NCBI RefSeq assembly: GCF_964194025.1
Contig: NC_134478.1
Span: 20,336,001-20,400,000 of the forward strand
DNA length: 64,000 nucleotides
Direction: 5' to 3'
DNA from: Convolutriloba macropyga
Lineage: Eukaryota
The translations under genes and the position numbers were made by a program. The stretch's first letter is position 1. Each line of letters opens with the position of its first letter. Positions 13,973 to 25,528 of the stretch are shown piece after piece. The notes beneath the pieces are model-generated. The model searched no databases and was not told the DNA's origin. It was given only the letters and a program-made list of their open reading frames with translations.

Positions 13973-14423
13973 TGTTATTCCGATTGATTTACTATTAAGA
14001 CCAGTTGCACTGCGAACGAATTCTATGCAATTAGCAAGTGGAGTTTGCGTCACTCTTGCTGATTATTAGATTTCTTTAATTGAGTTTGGATTTTGCGTCG
14101 CTAATGATAACTTAAATCTCTAATATCAATTTTCAAGTGCGAATGTCAATGTTATAATTATAAATGAATTGTACCAGTGAAATTAACAGGATGAAAGTTT
14201 TTGCAAATTACTGCTAAAAAATGAATGTGATCATAAGTTGATCAGGCAGAACAACAGAAACATCAGAATGTTTACTATATGAAGTAAAAGTTTCTTGTCT
14301 AGTAAAATTTATAAAATAATTTTGATCTCAAGTTTTGAACTAGATTGGAAAAAAAGGTGAAATTGGTGCACATGATCTAAATACGGTATGGAATAAGGTT
14401 CCCATTATTCAGCCCGTATAATA
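13973..14423 (-). repeat. Gypsy LTR shared between two tandem elements (PPT on one side, PBS on the other)
   Basis: On the minus strand, the PPT gggggaa (14430-14424) precedes TATTATACGGG...GAATAACA (ending at 13973), which is followed by TGGCGCAGTCAGCA. Homologous to 21648-22118. Confidence 0.8.
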
Positions 14424-15920
14424 TTCCCCCATTAGCAAAAAATTAATTTTGTACATAATTTAAAAAAAAACAGATCTTTAGTAATTATGCACTGGTTAAA
14501 TGGCAGTGTTATTTTAATTCATTAAGTAAACATATAGCTTTGTAGTCAGACTCATCATCTTCATAACGATCTGCCTCGTAGACAGTCTTTTTGCCTTACA
14601 TTGGTATCTTGGGATGGAGGCTGAACTTGCATCTCTCATTTGGGCTGCGAGAGGAAAATGCGCCAATAAATGCAGTGCTTTTTTCTCTAGTAAGATCATT
14701 ATACCCTTTTGTAATTGTAAATTTTCTAAATAATAGGTTGTGTTTGTTAGGTTTTCTGATATCTGGGAAAATTCGTTTCTTTTTCCGCAAAAAAAGCATT
14801 GATTTTGGCGCAAATGGCGTTGAAGTTGATGAGTGAATTGGTGGCACGGTAATTGACTGTTCCGGATCAAAAAGGCAATTTTTGGTTAAGTCTGGCCCAT
14901 CTTTGAAAACTTCGTCATACTGTGAATTCCTTTTTGAAATTCGCATCTTTAGTGCTCGTGCGAGGTTGCTGGTTGTGGAAAAGCAGGAGCGGGCAAAATA
15001 TATAATGCTATTATCTTCAGCTTGCTTTCGGTTCAGTTGATGTTTTTTTTTGCTACGGATGTTTCTTCTGAACAGATCTTTCTTGTGACTCGTGTTTTTT
15101 CTTGTAATGTTTTCTTGTTTACATGTGGTGGTTGTCTGTCTGCATTTTGGGCTAAATCCGTGAACCGCTTGTCATTAGTCCCAAGTTTTCCAGTATCTTG
15201 AATCCTAACTCTTACTTCGGGTTTATAGGGCTCTTTGATAATGCTGGTTGTAGGACTTAATTTGCGTACAGTACTACCGGACGCAAATACTTCAGACAAA
15301 CCATCAAGATTGCGTTTTTTGTCATGTGTTAGTGTGTTTTTTTAAAGCAATTTTGACTTGTACACAAATTACACAAATTTTGACATTCTATTTGTGTAAT
15401 GGGAAAAAAATTCCTCTGACCAAGTCTATTTGTTTTCGCTCTACTTTATCTTTTTTAGTTGTCAGTGCGCTTTTACTTTGGCGACGCAACTTACTTTTTC
15501 CACTTCTAAGTTGCTGCACTTTTCCGTATCTGTCTATATTTTGTCTGTGAGTATTTCATATTTGTCTAAATAATGTTTAGTTATCTTTTCGCAACTAAGG
15601 TTCTTTTTGTCTGGTTTAGTTGTGATGAAAGAAGCTGCTGTATTATTTTTTCTACTAACGTGTGCCTTATATGGTGTTTAATTTGTTGTTCTTTTTGTGG
15701 TCTTTCTTTGTTTTGTGTAACTGCATGTGTTGCTTGTAAAAATTTTTAAAGAGCCTTCATGCAAAATAATTGTCTTTTTACAGTTTGAAATAGACGTTCA
15801 AAAAATCCGGTTGCCCAATGTTAAATTGCCGCTGCGTAAATAGGTCAAATTCTATTTTAATGCAAAATTCTGCAAATCTTTTTTTGTTAAGCACCTTGCT
15901 GTTTTTAATCTAATAGATTT

Positions 15921-16120
15921 NNNNNNNNNNNNNNNNNNNNNNNNNNNNNNNNNNNNNNNNNNNNNNNNNNNNNNNNNNNNNNNNNNNNNNNNNNNNNNNN
16001 NNNNNNNNNNNNNNNNNNNNNNNNNNNNNNNNNNNNNNNNNNNNNNNNNNNNNNNNNNNNNNNNNNNNNNNNNNNNNNNNNNNNNNNNNNNNNNNNNNNN
16101 NNNNNNNNNNNNNNNNNNNN
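15921..16120. other. Assembly gap (200 N)
   Basis: Run of n characters. Confidence 1.
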
Positions 16121-19100
16121 AACCCTTGGACTGGATGCATTGTTTAATTTTTTCGATATGAGTCATTTAGAATATCTACCAATGACTATTATAAATTTTT
16201 CTTCAATTCTCTGGCGCCGCCAAAGTCTGTTTGTGCTGCATCGTTCGGTTCTTTACATTTATATAAAGGTGACCATTTGCTTTGATGAATCACTGGTTTT
16301 AAATTCTTGCCTAAATCGTTGCATTCTTTACAATCGCTAGCTTTCACTAGTATATAGCGGTTAATGTTTGTCCACCGGATAGTATGTTCTAACGAAGGCA
16401 TCCCGAACCTGCACTGGTGGTTGGAGTGTTAATCCTTCAAAAATGCATCTCTGATGGCCTTGTGGACAGCAATCCATTCTTCTTAGCAATGACAGAAGTT
16501 CTTAACGCTCATGTCCCGCCTCCAGTAGGAATGTATGTAGCGGCTTATATCCTTCATTCGAGTTTCATTGTTTTTTAATACACATTCCCTGACCTCTTTT
16601 AGGGTGGCATCTTTTCCGGTTAATATCGCCAGAAGCTTTTTGCTAAAGGTTTTGATGATGGTGTCTGTCAGGACTTGGTCCTGAGCAGTGTCATGTGTGT
16701 TGGTTGAGGGGGTTGTGTAAGTTGTTGAAGTTTTGTTAGTTCGAGATGTTGTATTGGTAGGCGAATTATCTACGAAAGGGTCCCTAGTTCGGGTTGGAGT
16801 TGAATTTTGTTATAATTTTCCTCGAAGCATTTTTGATAGTGACAATTTTATCTTTAATTTTAAGTAATTATGCTTGAAAGGTTTGGGGTCGAAAAGCGAA
16901 ATGGATTTGGGCACTTGGTGTTTATAGTTAGAAAATTTTATTTTTCCGCTTAATTTGTTCACTTGGAGGTGATCTGTTGATCTGTTCTCAAATATGGTGT
17001 TTACCGGGCTCAATTGTTCTGATTAATCACATTTTATACTGTCTGACATTTGCAAGGCAAATGCACTAATTTCGTCAATATAAAGTGACTGATTTGAAGT
17101 CTTTAACTAGTGCAAATTGCTTTTCAAAAAAAGCAATGGAAGTTGCGGTGCAAATGGTTTATTTGCGTTGTTATAATGTGATTATTGGGAAGGGTTAGTT
17201 ACGTTTCAATTGTCAATGAAGATTATTTGGTATTTGTGATGCTGTGAAATTTTTTAGTTGTATTTTTTCAGTTGCAATGAAGGGCATTTTGGTGCAAACC
17301 TATTTTTGAAATTTGAGTGGGAGATTGCGTTGTTACATGTTGCTGAATTTTTCTAAGACTGGAGATTTAGATTGGTTAATTTGTTTAATTCATTGTCTAG
17401 TTTTTGATATAGTTGCCAATAAGAAAAGTTCATCATATTCAGAAATTATCGTTCCGTTCGCAAAAAGATTTCAAGAAAGGTATTTGACTAATCCCATTTT
17501 TGCTCCTGGAATATGTTCGATGGTAGAATTAAATGAGAGTAATCTATCAACCCACTTTAAAAGCCAGCTGTTGTTTGATTTGTTTGATCAATAATCTCTA
17601 AGCATCGAAAATAATGCTCGGTAAACAGTGATCACTGTGAGTATTTTGTCATTCAGTTAGTATTTGAAGTACTTGATAGACAATACGATTCTCAACAACT
17701 CTAACTAAATTACGCTCTACCGTTCTTGTGTGGTGTTTGGAAACGAGAGGCAAAGAAAATTGATTTTTACCCATCTGAAGTGCCGCACCGAGTCCAATTC
17801 CAGAAGCATCACTCTTATCTCATTAAATTGTTTGACATGTGTTTGAATCCAGTTGAGTTCAGTAGATTTACTGGGTAATGCTGTTAATGGGTGGCAAAAC
17901 TAATAAATTTAATTGTTGCAAAACTGGTATGAACTTACTGAAACTGTGTACAGAAGCAAAGAACAATTTTTATTGTTTAAGTGTTTAACCTCCAATACTG
18001 CATCTTTGATGGCCTTGGTGATAGCAATTCATGCATCTAAACAAAAACAGCAGATCCTAACGTTCATTTTCCTCCGGTAGGAAAGTATTTAGAGGCTAAT
18101 GTCCCTCAGTCGAGCTTCATTGTTTTGCAACACACACACTCTGAGCTCTTTTCTTATGACGTCTTTTCCGGTCAGTATAGCCCAAAGCTTTTTGCTAGAG
18201 ATCTTGTTAATGGTGTCCGTCAGGTATTGGTCCTTCGCAGTGTCATTTTTGTTGGTTGAGGGGGTTATGTCAGTTGTTGAAGTTTTGCTAGTTCCAGGTG
18301 TTGTTTTGTTTTGCGAATTAATTAAGTATGTGTCCCTAGTTCGGGTCGGAGTTAAAATTTTTCATGGTTTTACTCAAGGCATTTATAATAGTGAAGATTT
18401 TATACTCGATTCTGTGTATTTATGTTGAAGAGATTCATGGGCAAAAAGCGAGTTGGATACAGTTACTTGGCACAAATAGTTGAATTTTTTTGCGCTTAAA
18501 TTGGGAATTTGGAATTGATTTTTTGATATGGCGTCAACTGTGGTGCCTTTTGGACTCTATTGCTCAGAGTGCTCACAGTTTTTAAAATCTTACTTTTGCA
18601 AGACATTCGCACTAACTTGGTTTAAAGAGTGTGATTTATTTGAATGCTTAATAACTAGTGCAAATTGCTTTTCAAATGTGGCAATGGCAATTGCGGTGCA
18701 ATTCAATTATTTTCGTTGTTTTTAGTGTGAATTTTGGTAAAGTTTTAATTAAATTGCAACTGACATTTAAAGTTTTGAGTTTGTTTTTTGTTGCGCTGCT
18801 AATTTTGTCCGTTGAAGCCTTTTTGTATTTTGAGTGGAGAGATTGCGTTTTTATATGCTTCTAAGTGTTTCAAGGACTGGATATTTAGTTTGGATAACTT
18901 GCCAACATAATGGTCTTACTTTTGATATAGTTGAAAAACGAAATATTCATCAAATTGTGAAATTTTTTTATGTTTTAAAAAAAATTTCAAGAAAGGTAAT
19001 CAACCAAACTCATTTTTGCTCCTGGCATATGTTCGATTGTGAAATTATATGGGTTCAGTCTATCAACCCACATTGAAAGTCAGTTGTTGGATGATTTGCT

Positions 19101-22100
19101 TAACCAATGCCCTGTAAGCATCGACAATAATGCTCGGTGATCAGTGCATACTGTGAAATGTTTGCCCTACAGATAGTATATGAAGTAGTCGGCATACCAT
19201 ACTATTTTAAACAACTCTATCTCATTTACACTATAGCGTACACATTCCATGAGTTATACTCTTAATGGTTGACAAAATAGTGTACAGAAGCAAGGAACAA
19301 CCTTAATCGTTTAAATGTATTTGAATGTTGATTTGTTAAAATAGCGGCCGTTTTGCTTTCGAGTGGCAAAATATCTAATTGAGCGAAATAATTTGTATCC
19401 GAGCCTTTCTGTCTTTTAGTAGGCAATGCAAAATTTTCATAAATTGATGTGCAAATGGATATAATTGATTTTTGACAGTTATAATGTCGTTGAAGAAACA
19501 AAATATATTTTGCAGACCTTTATGTGTATAATGCATTGATTTCTGGAAATTTGCTGGCATGTCAGTTGGACTGGAGAATCCAATTTTGAATTTCTAGGTT
19601 CCAGTTGATTTACCACAAATAAAGTTAAAATTGCAGTTTCTAGCTGTATCTATGTGTAACTGTAATTTACTGCATATTTAAGATCTATGGTTGAGAAATA
19701 TGTTTGTTGTCGGCTTTGTGTTTCTGTTAGATGTTGTGAGAATGACTCAAATTACATTTTTATATTAGATTTTTTGTATTTATTTTTATAAGCTGAATTG
19801 TTTAAAATTTTAGAACATAACTCTAATTTCCTCGCACAAACTTTTTTTAAATGTAATCACGACAGCAGAAGTGAAATTTATGTCTGAACAACTTGTTTGT
19901 TTCTAGATAGGGCCCTCTTTTTGCAATCTGTTGAGTTCGTCAGTAATTCTGGTGGTAAATTAATTGGGTGGTGATGACTTTTTTGGTGCTTTGCTGTGTT
20001 TTAATGAAATTTTGATTTAGAGATATGAATCTAAGATAATCCAGTTTTTTACACTGATTTCGGAAATTGCGACGACATTGCCTGTTTAATTTTGTATTTT
20101 GATTTTTCTATATTACTAACTCATTTGCCCCCTTTTGATTTCGGTTGCACAACTGCCAGTCCAAAGCTATTAACCAAGTCAGCCCTGCGATGTTCTCCGC
20201 CACTGTGAGGGATGCATTGTTGCATATCCAGTCATTAAAAGCGACATTTTTAGCCAGTTTTTTAAAGAATTTGCTATCGTTTTTAAGACTTTCTCGTGAG
20301 TTTTAGCTTTTCATCGAGCTGTAGGGGGAGTTTTCAGCATGTTTTTGGCAAACCTTTTGTTGATTCTCCTGCAGACATACCTGAGTCGAACATTTTTATA
20401 GAGTAGATGTTAGCAAACTGAATTTTGCGTTGAAAGATTATAACTTTTTTCCGTGTCACAAGAAAGGCCTGCAATGTAGTTATCAGAGTTACCATCATAG
20501 TTAGAGTTATACACCTGCTCATACAGTGTCTATAGCTGGCGATGTAGTTAACTGATTCTCCGTCACACGTAGTTCGTTCAATTTGGTTGAAATTAGTTTG
20601 TTGTGGTGGTGATGTTTGAGATTGTATCCGTTTTGGTTTTGTGCATAATTTGCAGAGTGGTTAGCAATTCTGCAAATGTTACAGTTTTGCCTTTTGCTGG
20701 GCAGTTTTGTCAATGCTTGTAGTTCCAACGTTGTCCATAGTTGCGACAGCTGTTTTGTATTGGTGTTGGTTGGCGACATTTGCAATTGTAATTTTGTCTT
20801 TGTTTTTGGAGTTTTGTGTTGCGATTACGATTTTGTTAGTTTTTGACTATCATTACCGACTGATTTTTGTTATTATTTTAATTGTGGTTGATATGTCCTG
20901 ATTTTGTGCACCCTTTTCTGTATGGATAGCTACTTTTAAAGCTTTAGTAGGTGTTACTACTTCTTTAAGTAGTTCCCTTTAGGTCTAATAACCCAGCACA
21001 TTTAGTATGAAGCTGTCGCGAATGAAGATAGACTCTTAATCTCCAAGACTGAAGTTTTCAGCTTGTTCAATCAATAATTCGTAAAAAATTTCAACAGATT
21101 CTCCTTTTCTTCTGTTGTCTAGAAAGGAAAATGACATATTTATCTTACGTGATAATACGAGCGTTGATGAAAGAGTCTTGCATGACTTTCTACAATTCTT
21201 TCATTAGTACTTTTTCGATTAGGAAGTGTGGATGCTTGCTCTTGAAAATTCTGCGTCCTACCGTCCCTACAAAAAGGTAGAGGAAACATGTAGCTTTCTG
21301 GTCACAAAACTCAAACGGTTCGTCTCTACAGAACAATCTGATTTTATCTATTCCTTTTTTAACAATTGACCTTGAGTTGTTGCTTTTGGATTTTGCGGTT
21401 CCTTTCCGTTGTTTAGGTATGGTTTTTGACAGGTTCTTTAAATACTGGCTCTGGCGAATATGCAACCCCTGTTGAAGGTCCACTTTAGAAGGTCTCTGGT
21501 TTAAATCCTTCTTTTTCTAAGAGAGCAAGTTTTCACTGCTGCGTCCACTTTACCATGGCAGAGGTGAAGGTGAAGTGATTGTAGCTTTGTCCCAGAAGGC
21601 AATTATAAGAAAAGGCGTTTTTCTGGAGTCCGTTGTTGATTGCGCCATGTTATGCTGATCGACTTACTTACTTTTTGGACCAAGTGCACAGCGAGCGAAC
21701 TCTTTTAAACTAGCGAGTGGAGCTTGCTTCGCCTTTTCTCTTTACCCTTAAGTGATTATTAGATTTCTTATTAGTGTTTGGATTTTGCGTCGCTAATGAC
21801 TACTTAGATTTTTAGTCTGAATTTTGAAATGAGATTGACAAAGTTTGAATTACAATTGAACTGTAGCAGTGAAATTGACAGAATGGAAGTATTTACAATT
21901 TACTGCTCAAAACAAAATAAAGATGATCATAAGTTGATCACGCCGAACGATAGGAACTTCAAAATGTTTACCAAATGAACAGAATGTTTCTTGTCTAGTA
22001 AAATGCAAAAAATGAGTCAGTTCCAACTTTAGAACTAAATTGGAAATAAAGATAAAAATGGTGCGAATGAACTTAATACGGTGTTGAGTTTTGTTCCCAA

Positions 22101-23378
22101 TATTCAACCCGTATGATAGACTCCTGCATAATGATCGAGATTATGATCTTTCTCACGACATCCCTTAAATCGTATACATCATCCATGTTCTATGACTACC
22201 AGGATTTTCGCCAGGTAGTCAACTCGCGGTAGAGTGCAATTATTAATTCACAGTGACTCAGGCAATAAGAAACATATCGCAAAGTCCTCTTTGGTATTCC
22301 TTTCACGAATTGTTCAGTGAGTCACTGTCTGCTTTTTTAAATTAATTTAAAATTGTGGAGGTTGTTCACAGCCGCAATTCATCAATTTTGTTTTCAAAAA
22401 CTTCGTGAGAGAAAAATCTTTCAGTAAAAACATAGCGGCAAATTTTACCAGCTTAGATTTTGCTTCATTATACTAAATTTTCAAAAGCAGTTTTGAGAAC
22501 ATAGCTACTAATAAAAAACGGTTAGCGGACTATGATGTCCCAAAAATTCTAATAACAATTTTCATTTTGTAGTTATGCTCTCAAAACTGCTTTGAGAAGT
22601 GTGTATCATTGATTTTAATAAGCAAATAATGGCTAGCGGATTTTGATGTCCCGAAAATTGTAAACTTTTATCTACTCTCAATCAGTCCCGCCTAATTTTG
22701 TACGAAGCAGTTTGATAAATGTACAAAATCGGAGAGATTATTGAAATTAACAGAACATCAAGCTGCTGAGAGTTGAACGTGAGTTTTATCTGTTCATATG
22801 CACAGCGTATAGACGGCCGACCGTGATTGTAATTTTATTTTGAGTTTGAGTTGTTTTTTAATTGTAAGTACATTCAATTAAAAAGCTTTGAACGCTCGTA
22901 TTTCATCGTCAATTTTGGCTGTTATTTATACGCCAGCTCTCGGCATAGAAATCGAGATGCAATTTTGTAAATGAATTCTTTTTTATCTCCAGACCTTCTC
23001 TGCATCTCAAAGCCATCTAATTCTACAGCATGTCGGATAGACGTTCATATGGCCCGGTAAAACCTAAATCATTGTTTGAGCAAAAATTATTAACAATTAT
23101 ATTTACATCTATTACAGGTATTTATCATCATAATATCTAGCTCATTCACTCACTCACTCACTCACACACTGACACTTCACAAAAACGCACACTCCCTTAT
23201 CGAGAGTTTGACCACATTAAAATTGTCATTGTTGATAAATAAGGTTTTGTTTAATTAAAATTGCGTTTTCGTTAGCGTATTAATATCGTCAGCATGTTCG
23301 GTTTTAAAACCTCAATTAAAATCTTTGGTATGTTCTCTTTTAAACGAAAGAAACTTTTGGCATATTTGCTTTGAAATA

Positions 23379-23858
23379 TGTTATACTCGATTGCGATAGA
23401 TTGTTCCAATCGAGTCGCGAATGCTTATAGTTCAAATCAGTTTCAGCAGTTCAATGGCACTTCAATAAACTACAATTAGAATTTCTAATTGTCAACTTGG
23501 CTAATCGCGGTAAGATTGGCGCTATTCTATTTGACTGAGTCCGATTGAAGAACAAATTACTAGATTTTAATTAGAACTGATGTTCAGCAGTGCAAATTAC
23601 CGAATGATTAAATTAAAGTACAATTTAGGAAATGAAAGTTTTGTTCATAACATAATCACAAGACAGGAAGGAACTGCAAGATTTGTTTATAAGCTGAACA
23701 GACAGTTTCATGCACAGACAGCATGAACAGACAAGAAGTGATGAAGATTTGGATGATGTGAAATTAAACTAAATAACACTAGCACTTGCCCTTCAAATGG
23801 GTAAAACTGAACTGAATACGGTTAAGGATGTATGATGGTTTATCCATACCGTGTGACA
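23379..23858 (-). repeat. 3' LTR of the Gypsy element
   Basis: Direct repeat of 29963-30448 (offset ~6590). Begins TGTCAC after the PPT and ends TATAACA. Confidence 0.95.
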
Positions 23859-23990
23859 TTTCCCCCTGTTGGGAGAAAAGAAAATTAGTTGGTAAAATCA
23901 GAAAATTAATTAATATTCACCGGTTACATAAGTAATAAAAAATTAAATAATATGTAAAATATAAAGAGTTCATAGAGTTTCAATGAGTTT

Positions 23991-25462
23991 CTAATCGGAT
24001 TCTGAGTTCTCTTCATTTTCTGCCTGCAAGACCGTCATTTCTCTTGGGAGATTTGGGTTCGGGTCTGCTGTCCAACTTTCGTTAGGGTTTCGTGGCGAAA
24101 CATGTCCAATAAAGTCACTAATAGACTCAGGGATTTCCGTTGAATACCCTTCTGTATTTTGAATTTTCTCCATCAACGACTGTGATGACTTCTTTCGTTC
24201 AAGAGTCCTTTTGCTCTTTCTCACGGAAGACGTATCGGAATCAGACGTATCGCTTATAGTTAACTGTCGTTTGCTTGTTTTCCGTAAAATTGGAGTGGGT
24301 ATTTGCAGAGAAGCCATTTGTACCGCGGATGACCCAGCTTCATTTGGATTAAGCGGTGGCGGCGCAATTGGAGCAGGTGGGCTGAAATGTAGTTTTTGAG
24401 TAAGATCAGGTCTATTGATGAAAGCTTCGTCATGTTTTGGATTGCGCTTCGGGATTTTCATTTTTAGAGATCGTGCCTTATTACCAGCTGAAGAGATACA
24501 AGATCTTCCTGAAGATAGCCCACTAATATCATCCGCCTGTTTTCTATTTCTCTGGATCTTTTTGTCCCCGGTGTTTTTTCTTATTAAGTCTCGTCTATGT
24601 TGGTTGATTTTCTGCTCGTTCGTTTTTTTTTGTATATCTTCTTTGCTCTTCTCTCTCTGTACAGTGTAAGCTTCGTATCTCGTTCTGCTCTTGTGCCAAA
24701 CTTCGCGATATCCGAATTTCGTACCCCAACTTCTTGTCCATTCGGCTCTTTAATGACGCTCGTGGTCGGGCTGACTTTGCACACTGTACTTCCTGGAGCA
24801 ACCACCTCGTAAAATCGAGATTCTTCTTTTGTCGCTGGCTTTCGTGTATTTTTCTGGCTAGTTTTAATTGGGTGCTTTTTTCCGAAAACGGAATTGGCCT
24901 GAAAACTCCTTCTGATTTTTATCAATCGTTGCTCTCCGTCTTTCATTTTCTCCTCTTCTTTTCTTGCGCGGGCATTTGCGGCACAGATAACTTTCTCAAT
25001 CTCAGTGTCCGAAGAAAGAGCTGTATCTGCCCATTATTCCTCCGTTAAATACGAACGGCCTGGTATCGTGTCTTCATCTAAATAATGTTTAATTATTTTC
25101 TTATAATTTAGATTTTTGTTATTAGGTTTAGTGGTGATGTTAGAAATAGTTGTATTACATTTTCTACCAAAGTGGGCTTCGAATGGTGTGATGTCTATTG
25201 TTTTTTGTTTTAAAATTCTCAGTCGTTTTATAATTGCATATAGTGAATTTTCTAAGTTAAATTTTTCGTTTAGTTGTGTTTTCATGCAAGATAATTGTCG
25301 TTTAATTGTTTTAATAAGGCGTTCTACTAGACCAATTGCTCTATGATCGTTTGCTGGTGCAAGTATAGGTGTAATGTTATTTTCTATATAGAATGTTTCA
25401 AACTTTTTTCCTGTAAAACATCTAGCTTGATCTAATCTAACTGTTCTAAGTACCCCGTGATT

Positions 25463-25528
<66 letters not shown>

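Larger units (their letters stand above)
13973..22118 (-). mobile_element. Old degenerate Ty3/Gypsy element with a duplicated RNase H-linker-integrase block; contains an assembly gap
   Basis: 5' LTR at 21648-22118, then PBS/gag (MAQST..SRKTP..AFWDK), protease/RT remnants (20500-19260), RNase H remnants at ~19260-18960 and again at ~17800-17450, and integrase remnants at ~18300-17990 and ~16700-15560. The C-terminal tail is homologous to the younger copy (ORF 15033-15299 EVFASGSTVRKLSPTTSIIKEP vs 24584-24946 EVVAPGSTVCKVSPTTSVIKEP). Many stops and frameshifts. Confidence 0.85.
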
